Shown one piece after another: positions 54,501 to 64,000 of a stretch of 64,000 bases of DNA. A program made the translations under genes and the position numbers. The number at the start of each line of letters is the position of its first letter. Position 1 is the first letter of the stretch. A model generated the notes under the pieces. It was not told the origin of the DNA and did not search any database. It saw only the letters and a list, made by a program, of their open reading frames with translations. Source of the stretch: a virus; IMG/VR virus record IMGVR_UViG_3300028920_000026, positions 64,001 through 128,000 of that record; one strand, given 5' to 3'.

Positions 54501-55794
54501 TATGATTGTTTGCTTCGCTAAACGGTGCAATAGGCGTAAAATTTTCGACGCTTGCGCCAAACTTGAACACATCGAATGCGCCCTGCGTTGATCCAGATGT
54601 TTCAAAGCCCCCTTCATAGATGTCGCGACGTGTTTGCGCCTCTTGCTTGTTGCCACCAAAATTACGAGGAAGTTTTGTGGGATAGTTGACAATCTGCAGC
54701 GCTCCACTCGTAATGTTTAATGATCGTCTATCATCAAATTGGCTTCTTGAAGCGCCACCGGTCCTTAAGAATTTTGGATATCTCGATAATGAGTCAAACC
54801 CACGTACAAACAAGCGTGGAAGAATTTTACGACGTTTTGTTGGAGGTTGAAAGACGAACATTGCGCCTTTTCCTCTTTGTCCAGGCCAATGTTCCCAAGG
54901 TCGAAGAGATTTAACATAAGGTGTCGGAGCACCATCACCTGCAGCATCTGTCCACGATGCATTATAGATGGATCCACCCTTGTAGTAGCGTTCTCGTTTG
55001 ACGTAGATGCCTAATTCACGTGAAAAATCTCTAAATCTATTCTTTGATAGGATATTTCCAAAAATACCGATTGTAGCGTCTTCAGTCGGTGAAATTCCTT
55101 CCTGCAATCGTAGTGAATTACGTGGTGTATACCTGAATTCGATTCTTCCATTTTCGTAGAGAACAAGTTCAAAGCGAATAATTGAAGACGCAAGTGGTGA
55201 TGAATAATTTGTTAGAGATGTCCACCTAATAATGAGTCGACGCCCAAGTGGACTGTTATTATCACGCATGTACTTAACACCTGCCTGCACAGGCCTGTAA
55301 ATTTCACGTGGTCGCCATCTTCCATACAAAAGGTTGAATACTTCTGTTGATGACATTCCTGCGCTTGTGGGATTGTCATAAACATTCTTGCTATCATCAA
55401 ACCATGGTGCAAGCATGACGTGATCGGTCGTCATGTTCATTCGAATGAATTCGTTCTGCCATTCACCACCATCAACAAAATTTGTTTGTTGCCAACCAAA
55501 TAATTCAAGTTCTGATGTTTCATCAATCGTTGCCCATCCGTGTGTGTTGATGTGAATGTTTGCGTATGTTTGTTGATCAAATGGAAAATCAAATCCGATT
55601 TCCATTTGACCCCACGCGTCGTTTGTTCCGCCTTTACCGATATCCTCAAATTCACCCACCATTTTTGGAACAGGCATCATCTGCGTGTCTGCGAAGTGAG
55701 TGAGGCCCACGTCCTCCTCTACAACGTAAAACAACGTGTAGTCTTCAATGTTTGCAACAGGAGGCTGTCGAGATGCTTTCGATGACGCTGGCAT
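51598..55794 (-). CDS. very large virion structural protein (1398 aa)
   Basis: Uninterrupted 4.2-kb ORF in the structural module. Confidence 0.6.
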   Translation of the reverse strand: MPASSKASRQPPVANIEDYTLFYVVEEDVGLTHFADTQMMPVPKMVGEFEDIGKGGTNDAWGQMEIGFDFPFDQQTYANIHINTHGWATIDETSELELFGWQQTNFVDGGEWQNEFIRMNMTTDHVMLAPWFDDSKNVYDNPTSAGMSSTEVFNLLYGRWRPREIYRPVQAGVKYMRDNNSPLGRRLIIRWTSLTNYSSPLASSIIRFELVLYENGRIEFRYTPRNSLRLQEGISPTEDATIGIFGNILSKNRFRDFSRELGIYVKRERYYKGGSIYNASWTDAAGDGAPTPYVKSLRPWEHWPGQRGKGAMFVFQPPTKRRKILPRLFVRGFDSLSRYPKFLRTGGASRSQFDDRRSLNITSGALQIVNYPTKLPRNFGGNKQEAQTRRDIYEGGFETSGSTQGAFDVFKFGASVENFTPIAPFSEANNHSIVFNQAEYAFFATGSNPDDLNGFDQPIWSKTQLKLEFPIEYTTRMLETTSSILYYDAKFKQFYQKGVSYAFDENGEVDSITALDNRFARNDSNRHAVPEDYRGFGPIGNVIVSGSANGTLASGGLLAAAGQTDSNINDMFSGRSYTDAIQTEYGKSICINADYDASQLETFTLPIVQPFLIEKAIIELPIEAGPKWFEDKTRVFQPIGALTTQYGSYVDMGGPAVTVALFNQLRFGEERRRDLILSATFTHTGDSGSNVIFEDSTFSPNTAQMYIEGFDGIGGCAAAYVEPNTSGTMFTGSVRMLTTAMISNGIYATLRRDANLTISSENRALVRDFIAQPEIKIKNSVTSNGTTQSGSIFRNSWVNNFGRSQTGFESSGQSIFGREHETKKNVNKIENKFFFGTSPPAAIENIISTNDNFILTHPISLLKYRNSPYLVFPGQQIVLAISKTRPRVYTTADVSLDENYFYNEDWHDIKIPSGSSVKITLFGSHVQNSKEFHDTLSQPLDSDGIHEIIKDNPVLDQFEVVDRRIFSGTFDDSFVTGSLLELKPKYARTSETDVFTQNNKEVAFSVTQASHDNGFIQDGYKSIRLTKQYEVAGLLRNVRHVSDDETFWDSLVPDPRACAAKNGAALGIGEGYEYAGAMWLWDVNKFWNDVTDKRWSWSYPFEPHYAGIQRLDNIIAAYAVRYLIKFSPTELETLDSIVPVAGITVWAGGVWYRSSWSVFGRWFSDQYSDVFSFSNIRPLSDDDALMVMYGFGDYNSYTGAANEIINGYVRPDIEYDGSPPNTATDVAGTTHSPFPRVPHSPGTGYTFCLHPEIRGWKYGLLSGIPTNSSCVFRRNKYGQFRDMLEQRPFAAYYGSLQGINQSAGINENTRRRFKRLRRRFGTKTKLPRPGPVYIRFINPITGRLTSPDNTWSSNLSYAATSSMPYIDGIATNRPDINVNALNQAITTFSTDENNNLTI

Positions 55795-56747
55795 TAGAAT
55801 GTAAGTCCTCCAAACGATAGCGAATCTGTACCTACGCCTTGCACTGCGTCGTACGTAAACCCAGACGTCGCCGCTATCTGATTGTACTTCACGTACGTAT
55901 CTGTCGATGCATAAGTGATGCTCTCTGACCCCGAGACGTATACAGCGCTGAGCGCTGCGCCGAGGTCGTCTTCATACGTATCAGACAGCGGATGGTCTCT
56001 TGGGAGACGCTCATCAACGAACGGCGACAGCGGACGTTGGTCGCTGTTAAAGAAGCCTTCCATCGGAACGTTTCCCAGCATGTCGATGAGGTCGAGGTAC
56101 GGAACGCTGCCTTCTGACGGGTCGAAGTAGTCGACTGTCTTGATCTGGTTCGCTGCCTTCACTGGGTTGGTGTTTCCGCCCATGAGTTCGCCGCGAATTG
56201 TATGTGTTTCAAACGGAACATCGATGCTGAAGAACGCAGCTGCGGCACGGATGACGAGCGGTTCGATCACACCGTCAAACTCGTAGTTGTCGCTTGCATT
56301 GTAGTCCTTTGTCACGATGGGCCACGTGATGGTGTACGATGACGAGTAGAACTGATCAACATCGCCTTGTGCTTTGATGAACTCGACAGGATCAAAGAGG
56401 TCGATTTCTTCGAAGAAGTCCTGATCGTGTCTGAATGATGTTCCATACCCGTACTGCCTCCTTGGAAGTACGTGTCCTGGTTCACCTGCGTGGATTTTTA
56501 CGAGCCCAGCATCATAATGCTTGATATCAGAAATTTCAACGCCTTGCCTGTAGGCATCAATGCCAGATGTATCAATCGATCCAGAATTGATGATTTGTAT
56601 CGTCAAAGAATGTGGACTGACAAGGCTCGCGTAGATGAAATGAAATGATCCAGATGGACCAATTGGAGCATACTTGACGTTTGGACCCTCATAGAAGAAT
56701 GGACGTTCAGGAGTAAAATCGGGTCTAAAGAACTTATTAACAATCAT
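55794..56747 (-). CDS. structural protein
   Basis: 317-aa ORF. ATG overlaps the downstream gene stop (module operon). Confidence 0.55.
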   Translation of the reverse strand: MIVNKFFRPDFTPERPFFYEGPNVKYAPIGPSGSFHFIYASLVSPHSLTIQIINSGSIDTSGIDAYRQGVEISDIKHYDAGLVKIHAGEPGHVLPRRQYGYGTSFRHDQDFFEEIDLFDPVEFIKAQGDVDQFYSSSYTITWPIVTKDYNASDNYEFDGVIEPLVIRAAAAFFSIDVPFETHTIRGELMGGNTNPVKAANQIKTVDYFDPSEGSVPYLDLIDMLGNVPMEGFFNSDQRPLSPFVDERLPRDHPLSDTYEDDLGAALSAVYVSGSESITYASTDTYVKYNQIAATSGFTYDAVQGVGTDSLSFGGLTF

Positions 56748-56753
56748 AATACG

Positions 56754-59700
56754 TTACCACCTCCTTAACGACCCGGCAACCTGTTGGACAAGTAGAACAT
56801 CTCTGAATCTTTGCCTATCATCCTCACCGAGGTACATTTCCTCAAACCTGTATGTTACTTTATGACGTTCAAGCATGTGAGACTCAACAAGGAAGTTTGC
56901 TCCTCTAAAGTTTGTTTTTCGTGGAATCAGCTGATTGATGAACGTTCCGATCGCTGTATCGAACCATCTGAAAAACTCGAAGAACGTTTTGAAGTCAAGC
57001 TTTCCTTCGATCCTGTTGAAGTAGATGTCACGTAGCTGTTCGAGCTCTGGGTAGTCATCCGCGAATGCAAGCTCGGGAGAGCCGATTGCGTTTCCTAACT
57101 CTTCGAGCGTTGAGAAGATCGTGATGATATCCCTGTTCAAGGAATCGATGAGTGAGAACTCGATCGCAAAGCGAACATCGTCTGTCGGTCTTTCGTATGG
57201 AGGGACCTCGTACGCAGGTCCCCAGTTCGTCCACGCATACTTGTCGACGAGTTTTAACGTTTGTGCGCCTCTGATCCTGATCTTTTCATACGAGACGCCT
57301 TCGTCGAAGTACGGTGAGAAGTAACTGTGATCGAAGAGTTCACCCACCAAGGCATTTTCATACAGCCTGAATCCTGTTCCTGTCAGGTGCATGCCATTCT
57401 GCGAGTGATCCCAGAGAAACAGCGTTCCTGTTGGGAACTCGTTGCTCGCGGTTGCAATCGGCTGCCTATCGTCCTGTGAGTAGACGGCGTGCATGCGGAG
57501 GCGTTCGAACGATCCCGAGCTCGTTGTGTTGAAGTTGAAATTCACCTTTGCGTTGTCAACACCGACGCTCTTGTAGTTTTGCGAATGTTCTTTGAACTCT
57601 GTGTCAGACAAGGCCATTGACCAGAACCTGATGTTGGATACCAGACCGACGAAATTGGTCGCTCGTGCCTCATCAGGGGCCCATAGAGTATTGTTTAGGT
57701 ACAGGTAACCAGACTCATCATAGGACGTACCGGAATTTACAGTTGCATTCTCGCCAACCTGGATGAACGCGCCCGATGCATTTGTAGAGCCTGAGTATAA
57801 CGTTGAACCTGAATAGTAGTACGTTCCGCTTACGTTGATCTGATGACCAAACGCTCGCAGAGAGTGAACCTCCATGCTTCCTGTTGGATTTGATAACTCA
57901 TAAAAGAACGATGATGTAGAGAATTCATGAATGATCTCACCGTAATTTTGACTACTTGCCTTGATGAAGTACGAACCCGTGTAGAGGCTTCCTACGTTAG
58001 TCGGTCGCCTGTGACCAAACGCAACAAGCCATTTGTCGCCATTAAAGATACCAGCGTCTCCCGTAGAAAGCGGAAGCGTGACCTCATGATAAGGCGAGTT
58101 AGGAGCAGAACCAGGACGTATGTGGAGGTTGATCCTTGAACCAGCGCTCGAGGAGATTGCCGTACAATTCACAACAATTCCACCTTCACTGTCGTTGCTT
58201 CCTGTTACAACGACTCGTCCGAGGCTCTGTGTTGCGTTGAAACCAGCTTCCGTCGTAAGCAGCTTTCTAGGCGGATAGCGATAAATTGCCTCGAATGTCC
58301 ATGATCCGCTAGTCAGCAGGCCATCCGACGGACCATTGGAGACACCGTGTGGTGGATACTGCGTTGAGCTGACGAATGTTCCAGAGATGTAGGGTTCGCC
58401 CGGTTCAACACGTGAGCCAGTTAGGAATGGAGAGACGACGAGCGAACCTGTGTTCATCTTGAGCATTACACCTGGTTCAATCTTTGTCTCGCGGGAGATC
58501 TCGATGTTGTTTGATGTGGGTCCGCCGTACTCCCTGATCCTCACACTGTTCTCTGGATCGATGCCGATCGCTCTAAGGAACGCTTGGATCGCGTAGAGCG
58601 TGCCCTTTGTCCTGATGATCTTTGGCATGTGGATGAGGACGCGCTTCATGAGTTCGTCCTGCACGATGCGGAGCGGAATGTCGTCAGTTTCAACTTCATC
58701 AGCGATATTTTCAGCTTCTATATACTGTTCGATCGACGACTCGTTGAACAGCGGAGGCATGTCAACGCCCCAGCGTCTGACAAGCCTGTAGAGGAATGTG
58801 TTTGGTGTTGTATCGTAGTCTTCAAATGCCACATGGTGAAGGTTGACAAACTGGTCGACCATCACCTTGATCTCGTCAAAGAACCTCGCGTAGATGTACA
58901 GGAATGCGAGGATCATCTGTGTCTGACCGACCTCGCCTTGGCCTGGGATGCCTTCACCACCATAAACATCGCTCATCGATCCTGCAACAGTCTCGCTGCC
59001 TTCAAAAAACTGTCCCTGCAGCAGCCAGTGTTCAGGAACAAGACGAGTGATAAGGTTTGGATTTTCGCTATCGTAAAGGGTACCGCTTTCGAGTAGTTCT
59101 TCATTGAGAGACACGACTGATGCAAACGCTGGAAACAGGACCGGACTCAGGTCGTCCTGTTCGAACTCCATGATTGATTCGGGATCATCATCGTAGCTCT
59201 TGCGGAGCGATCCGGTGAAGTTTGCCACGAGCGAGTGTAGGCTGTTGCCAGAGCTGTCAAGTACGATTGCATTGACAGCGTTGTTCTCATCCGGTACGAG
59301 CGGAGGGGCCGGTTCGTTGAACTTGAAGTACAGCTTGAGGTCATCATCAGACGTAATAGCCTTCTGGTGATATACCTGTTGCTGCTTTGTTGAACGCAGC
59401 GCGTGGAACAGTCGAAATTCATCGATGCTACCAGAGAACATTTGCATCGGTGTGATTGTGGATCCTCCCACAGTAAATGAAGAGCCCGTTCCAATGTACA
59501 ACGGTGAATCATCGATGTCAATTGCTCCGATGAGCGGCCGCCTTGTCGAGACACCGATCTGTTTTGCGTTGTTGTAGAGCAGCGCGACTGATTCTGGACG
59601 AGTCCTGTCAAGCATCGCACAGATGTGGTTGTACCTGCCACGTTCGAGCTCGCCGACGACAGATGTTGTCGTCGTACCCGACATCACAGCAAAGTGTAAG

Positions 59701-60323
59701 TCGACAGTGGGGGCGGACGACGAAGAAAGGTATAGCGACCAACCAGAATTTGAACCTGAGTCGAACTTCTGACAGAGGACCTGGACGTCATTTGACTGCG
59801 ACGGGATGAGAACATGTGCCTCGATCGAAAACGACTTATTGAGCGGATTCATCACCGCAATGCCCTGAGCGTTCGATGCGAGCTCTGGAAACAGCGCGCC
59901 CTGCTTGTCGTTTACCTGGATGTATGATGTACCATCGAACAGCAATGATCCCTTGTACTTTGGGAACCTGTCGAACACCCAGCGTTCGAATCCGGTAAGC
60001 CCGTCAAAGAACCTTTCGACCTCCTGTTTTGTGCCATCAAAGGGAAATCCATTGATGATCTGATCAAAGGCAATGTTTACGAGCGCTTCAGCACTCATGA
60101 AAAAGCAGTGGTTCTGAAACCCTGACCAATCGACGTTTAGTTGTTGGCTCGACTTCAGTGGTTCACCACGTGGATCATACTTGAACGAAGACGTGCTTTC
60201 AATGTTCGTGTTGCTCAGGACAGCCAGGCTCGCAACGATGGGTCTGTTGCCTTCGATCGACGCCTTGATGAATGACGGTAACGTAAACGTCTTTGTTGGA
60301 GTATTTTTCTTGATGTCAGCCAT
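56754..60323 (-). CDS. very large baseplate or tail structural protein (1189 aa)
   Basis: Uninterrupted 3.6-kb ORF. Confidence 0.6.
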   Translation of the reverse strand: MADIKKNTPTKTFTLPSFIKASIEGNRPIVASLAVLSNTNIESTSSFKYDPRGEPLKSSQQLNVDWSGFQNHCFFMSAEALVNIAFDQIINGFPFDGTKQEVERFFDGLTGFERWVFDRFPKYKGSLLFDGTSYIQVNDKQGALFPELASNAQGIAVMNPLNKSFSIEAHVLIPSQSNDVQVLCQKFDSGSNSGWSLYLSSSSAPTVDLHFAVMSGTTTTSVVGELERGRYNHICAMLDRTRPESVALLYNNAKQIGVSTRRPLIGAIDIDDSPLYIGTGSSFTVGGSTITPMQMFSGSIDEFRLFHALRSTKQQQVYHQKAITSDDDLKLYFKFNEPAPPLVPDENNAVNAIVLDSSGNSLHSLVANFTGSLRKSYDDDPESIMEFEQDDLSPVLFPAFASVVSLNEELLESGTLYDSENPNLITRLVPEHWLLQGQFFEGSETVAGSMSDVYGGEGIPGQGEVGQTQMILAFLYIYARFFDEIKVMVDQFVNLHHVAFEDYDTTPNTFLYRLVRRWGVDMPPLFNESSIEQYIEAENIADEVETDDIPLRIVQDELMKRVLIHMPKIIRTKGTLYAIQAFLRAIGIDPENSVRIREYGGPTSNNIEISRETKIEPGVMLKMNTGSLVVSPFLTGSRVEPGEPYISGTFVSSTQYPPHGVSNGPSDGLLTSGSWTFEAIYRYPPRKLLTTEAGFNATQSLGRVVVTGSNDSEGGIVVNCTAISSSAGSRINLHIRPGSAPNSPYHEVTLPLSTGDAGIFNGDKWLVAFGHRRPTNVGSLYTGSYFIKASSQNYGEIIHEFSTSSFFYELSNPTGSMEVHSLRAFGHQINVSGTYYYSGSTLYSGSTNASGAFIQVGENATVNSGTSYDESGYLYLNNTLWAPDEARATNFVGLVSNIRFWSMALSDTEFKEHSQNYKSVGVDNAKVNFNFNTTSSGSFERLRMHAVYSQDDRQPIATASNEFPTGTLFLWDHSQNGMHLTGTGFRLYENALVGELFDHSYFSPYFDEGVSYEKIRIRGAQTLKLVDKYAWTNWGPAYEVPPYERPTDDVRFAIEFSLIDSLNRDIITIFSTLEELGNAIGSPELAFADDYPELEQLRDIYFNRIEGKLDFKTFFEFFRWFDTAIGTFINQLIPRKTNFRGANFLVESHMLERHKVTYRFEEMYLGEDDRQRFRDVLLVQQVAGSLRRW

Positions 60324-60332
60324 GCTTTACGC

Positions 60333-61838
60333 TCAGAGCTGCAGGTCGTTGATCCTAAAAACAGGCGATACGTCCCTATAGACGAATTGGCTTCCGTACG
60401 CATCAATCATTACATCGATGACGTACGAACGTTGGTCTCGTAGGCTCGATGTGTCTAGCTCAAAGTACATTCCCGCGTTGTCTGAAGAACATCTTGTTGA
60501 CTTATACGTCGTATCGAATGGAATGACCCTCTCTGCTGTGATGGCGTCTCGAACTTGGTAGTGAACGTCTCTAATGACAATTCCTGGGAGCTCAATTGGA
60601 CGCTTGACGAACTTGATGCGTGGTGAAGTGTGATCGAAGATGTTTACCCTGACGATGAGACGTTCGTCGGTCTTGTGTGATTGCCTTAGACCTGTCGCGG
60701 TGATCGTATACTTGCTCTGTTCGAGGCGCCGCTGTGTCCTTGTCGGTGGATAGAACGTGACATTTGAACCCGTGACAAACGCGATCGTCTCATCGAGTGA
60801 AGTCCAGATCGGTGTGAAATCGACTGAACCTGTTTCGAGTAGCTTTGCTGTCACGTACTGGTCAGATGCTGGGATGTGTGCATCAGCGTAGTAGATTCCA
60901 TCGATGTGACTTACACCGCGAGCAAACTGCGAGCCTGTGAAGTAGAAGTCGTGTGTTCCTCCAGAGATAGGTGTAGTAAGCCTAAGCATGAGGCTGTTTG
61001 AACCTGTGATCTCAACGGTGCCGCTAAGAAGGTTTGCTGGATCGCCCCTCCTGTAGCTGTACATGAAGATGCTTCCAGAGCTATCAAGCTCAAGGATCTG
61101 TGAATCATCAAGGATTGAATCGTCAAACCTTACCTTGAGCTGTGGATGCTTGTCCTCATTGTAGGCGTTTCGTCCACCAAAACGCTTTACAAAGTACGAT
61201 CGTGTATCATTTTCAATCGCCTCGCTGTAAGAGACCCTAAACCCTGCGTCTGGAATCAGGCCAACGAGCGTCGCCGAAACTGCAGCTGTGACGTCTACAC
61301 AGAGGTCTTCTTCGCCTGAGACGAACGTCTGTGTAGACCTTACGCTTGTACCACTGATCTCTGTAACGTAGTCGACAGAATCGCTTGCGTCTCCGCCAAA
61401 CCCACAGCCAGATGTGATCCAAGGGACGTCTGGATACGATGCTGTCAGCCAGTTCGTTGAATCGGAGTCGGAGTATTTGACGATGTCTCGACCACCTCCT
61501 TCGTCAAACGATTGCGATAGTGGATACACATCGACATCAAAGTTTGTAGGTGTAGGTTGCCCGCCATAGACGTCGAACAGATGCATGCTTACGTTGAACG
61601 ATGGGTCTGTGATGTCGATTTGCTGCGATGTTACAAGCGCGCGAAGTGGATCGAGGTCGAACCAGACAAGAAGGCGTGTTTGTTCGGACACCGCGGAACC
61701 AGACACTTCGTTCTGACCGTACAATTTGTAGAGGTCAAGCGACGCAGCCTGGCCCACATTTGCGTTGGTCCTTCTCTCACCCTCGATGATCCTATCTGTG
61801 ATGTAGGTGTCGGATCGAGCTCGAAGCGTCTTGAACAT
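60333..61838 (-). CDS. baseplate-associated structural protein
   Basis: 501-aa ORF. Stop abuts the start of the next gene. Confidence 0.55.
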   Translation of the reverse strand: MFKTLRARSDTYITDRIIEGERRTNANVGQAASLDLYKLYGQNEVSGSAVSEQTRLLVWFDLDPLRALVTSQQIDITDPSFNVSMHLFDVYGGQPTPTNFDVDVYPLSQSFDEGGGRDIVKYSDSDSTNWLTASYPDVPWITSGCGFGGDASDSVDYVTEISGTSVRSTQTFVSGEEDLCVDVTAAVSATLVGLIPDAGFRVSYSEAIENDTRSYFVKRFGGRNAYNEDKHPQLKVRFDDSILDDSQILELDSSGSIFMYSYRRGDPANLLSGTVEITGSNSLMLRLTTPISGGTHDFYFTGSQFARGVSHIDGIYYADAHIPASDQYVTAKLLETGSVDFTPIWTSLDETIAFVTGSNVTFYPPTRTQRRLEQSKYTITATGLRQSHKTDERLIVRVNIFDHTSPRIKFVKRPIELPGIVIRDVHYQVRDAITAERVIPFDTTYKSTRCSSDNAGMYFELDTSSLRDQRSYVIDVMIDAYGSQFVYRDVSPVFRINDLQL

Positions 61839-63676
61839 TAGACAGCCCTTCCTACGATGTTGACGTTAGGGTATTTGACCTCAAAGATTCCACCCGACGG
61901 TGGGAAGACAATGTCCTTGAATGTATTCGAATCAACATCAAATGTACGATCGCTGTACGTCCTGTTGGCAACAACACCTGTCAGGTTGTTCACGTTCAAT
62001 GCGTTTAGCGAAATAACACCACGTATCGCCATGATCGAGTTCCTGATCTCAGAAAGCACAAGCGGCTGATCGATATGGAAGTTTTGAACTCTGAAGAAGC
62101 TCTTCAGCCTGATGAGGATCTGCTGCAATACAACCTGCTTGTTTACCGAAGGATCAATGACAACTTCGAAATTTACCTCGATGTTGATGATCTGGGCATC
62201 TAACACATCGATGGCGTCAGAAATCATCCTATACGGATTCAAGAACCTAACGAGGTTTACTTTCAATGTATCGGAGGCAGTTGTCAGTGTACCGTTGGGA
62301 GAGCGTGAGGCGATGAATAACTGTGATGCAAGTGGATTGCTTGAATTCGACCTAACAGCTGCTCTGTATACACGTCCGAAGTTGCTTGGAAGCGTGTATA
62401 CCCTTGCCAATAGGTCTTCTCTGCTGACAATACGTTCTTGCGATGCCTTGATGGTCGGAATCAGCTCCTTGAGGTCGCTGACTGTCGGTGGATCTTCACC
62501 GCCAGATGCCTTTTCGGCATTTGATGCCTCTGTACTCGATCGTACGCCTGCAGCAGTCACAGGTGTTGGATTGTTCGGGAAGTACATCCTGAGTGCCTCG
62601 ATTGATCGAACCTCAGTAGGACCAGCATTGTGCGAAAGTCCACCACCATACCTGTACGCGACAGTCAATTCGACGTCTGCAGCAGCAACACCAAGCGTTT
62701 TGGTCTGCAACATCTTCTTCGGGTTGAGTGGTTTTCGAGCGAACGTCCTCCTGTAAGGATATCTGATCGCAAATTCTGATGGATCTGGAATGATGTCATC
62801 ATCAAGTGTCTCTGCTGATCCGCCACCGAAGATCAGGGTTGTACGACGGTCATTCATGTTGACGTCAGAGATAAACCTATACGGTGCTGGAATTAGCTTG
62901 ATCGTTTCTGGAACTTCGCCTACATCATCCCTTACATTCGGAATGTTCTGATAAATGACGTCATCCGTGAGAGCTGACACTTCGTAATAGTCGTTGCCCA
63001 GATTGTCGTATACTGCGATGATCTGGGTTACGTTTGCGTTAGATAACGTCAATCGCCTGAATGGGACAAATGATCCTACGCTGAATGATTCGGATGTTTC
63101 TCGACCTGAGATACATTCGCCATTGGCAAACATGACAAACGTGAGAACGCTGCCGTTTGCGTTAGTTCTACCGACCCTCAACGACGCAACATACGAACCA
63201 TCATCGTTCTTCTTTCGAAAATCGATGTCTTCAAGCAATGTGAATGTCACTCCCGAGTCTGACGATACTGTTGTGCCAGCCTGAATGATTGGTATCGCAT
63301 CCCACTGTGGCACGGTGCTGTTGCCGTCCTGCGTAGCAGGAACCTGGGTGTAGAATGTCACGTTGACTAAGGATGGTGACGCTCCTGTGATCGGAACGCC
63401 TTCAGATTTGAGGTGTCGTTCGATGTTCCTGTCCTCGAACGCCGTCTCAGGATCGAGCTCCTGGTACTGGTGATCGAGGTAGAACGAGAGGTTGTCACCT
63501 ACGTACGCCGCCATGTCGACGAACAACCCGCCGAGGCCGTTTTCAGAGAAGTCCTGGATCATGTTCGGGTAATATTGGCGTGCGTATGCAACCAGTTGAG
63601 CCCTGAACGAATCAAAATCTCTGGCGATGTACCTCCTCTGGCGAGGCTCTTTGGTTATATTGCTCTTGACTGTCAT
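61838..63676 (-). CDS. baseplate wedge protein, J-like (T4 gp6 / Mu gp47 family)
   Basis: N-terminus RDFDSFRAQLVAYARQYYPNMIQDFSENGLGGLFVDMAAYVGDNLSFYLDHQYQE matches the Baseplate_J-like start (DFESIRAELIxxxxxxxPxWTDFxESDxGxxLIELxAYVxDxLSYYxDR). Confidence 0.7.
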   Translation of the reverse strand: MTVKSNITKEPRQRRYIARDFDSFRAQLVAYARQYYPNMIQDFSENGLGGLFVDMAAYVGDNLSFYLDHQYQELDPETAFEDRNIERHLKSEGVPITGASPSLVNVTFYTQVPATQDGNSTVPQWDAIPIIQAGTTVSSDSGVTFTLLEDIDFRKKNDDGSYVASLRVGRTNANGSVLTFVMFANGECISGRETSESFSVGSFVPFRRLTLSNANVTQIIAVYDNLGNDYYEVSALTDDVIYQNIPNVRDDVGEVPETIKLIPAPYRFISDVNMNDRRTTLIFGGGSAETLDDDIIPDPSEFAIRYPYRRTFARKPLNPKKMLQTKTLGVAAADVELTVAYRYGGGLSHNAGPTEVRSIEALRMYFPNNPTPVTAAGVRSSTEASNAEKASGGEDPPTVSDLKELIPTIKASQERIVSREDLLARVYTLPSNFGRVYRAAVRSNSSNPLASQLFIASRSPNGTLTTASDTLKVNLVRFLNPYRMISDAIDVLDAQIINIEVNFEVVIDPSVNKQVVLQQILIRLKSFFRVQNFHIDQPLVLSEIRNSIMAIRGVISLNALNVNNLTGVVANRTYSDRTFDVDSNTFKDIVFPPSGGIFEVKYPNVNIVGRAV

Positions 63677-64000
63677 TGCCGCTCATGGTAAGTATCGAAG
63701 TGTCCTACGGGACGAACATGGTTAGCTTGATCGATGCGTTGGTTATCTGTAGTGCTGGAACGTCATACGTGATCATGAGTGAAATCGCTGCGATCTTTCC
63801 GTTGTTCTTTGTCCTATCGACCTTGGATGTAAAGTCGTTTAGGTTGATGTATGGCATCCACTTGTCGACGGCCTTTTTGATCCTCTCGATCGCAGTTGAA
63901 TCAAAGTCATCCAGCGAAACGAACTCCGTCAGTACGGGACGTAGGTTTGCACCGTAGTCATACAGGCCGACTCGTTCGCCGTGGTTCGTCAGCAGAAGGT

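Noticed and set aside
48050-57324. Numerous 60-120 aa ORFs on the + strand inside the large minus-strand structural genes
   Set aside because: They are antisense to long, uninterrupted structural ORFs. They have no RBS or start context and are typical shadow ORFs.
1-64000. CRISPR array or other long tandem repeat arrays
   Set aside because: No series of regularly spaced direct repeats was seen. The only tandem repeat is the 2 x 21 bp duplication at 21677-21718.

Overview
The window reads as a segment of a large tailed-phage (jumbo-type) genome with about 50% GC. Calls rest on motif recognition by eye, so function is inferred rather than database-confirmed. From 1 to about 46.4 kb almost all genes are on the + strand; the 18410-19204 and 44036-44554 CDSs are the minus-strand exceptions. 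From 46.4 to 64 kb there is a minus-strand virion module of LamG-like receptor-binding proteins, very large fibre or baseplate proteins and a baseplate J-like wedge protein.

The outstanding content is a translation-autonomy region:
- About 45 tRNA or tRNA-like genes sit in two main arrays (15.1-18.2 kb and 30.7-42.9 kb). The anticodons I could read cover all 20 amino acids, and several members are non-canonical.
- A roughly 205-nt RNase P RNA (18198-18408) keeps the catalytic-domain conserved regions but appears to lack the entire specificity domain.
- A class I release factor lacking domain 1 is built from two frames joined at a prfB-style CUU UGA C +1 frameshift site with an upstream GGAGG (37096-37765).
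- RNA ligase, HAD phosphatase and deaminase genes (44.0-46.5 kb) and a decayed Rnl2-like ligase (12369-12912) look like a tRNA-repair set.

Other recognisable content:
- A six-gene nucleotide-sugar modification cluster at 2.6-7.8 kb (sulfotransferase, UDP-sugar 6-dehydrogenase, Gfo/Idh/MocA oxidoreductase, DegT aminotransferase, GT2-like protein, N-formyltransferase).
- A sigma-70 family factor, an ATP-dependent DNA ligase, a metallopeptidase plus VWA protein, a SLOG/NADAR gene pair, a CPBP membrane protease, an atypical kinase-like protein, and HNH and YraN-like nucleases inserted in AT-rich islands inside the tRNA arrays.

I saw no CRISPR array. All RNA coordinates were derived by hand and should be treated as approximate to within about 3 nt.
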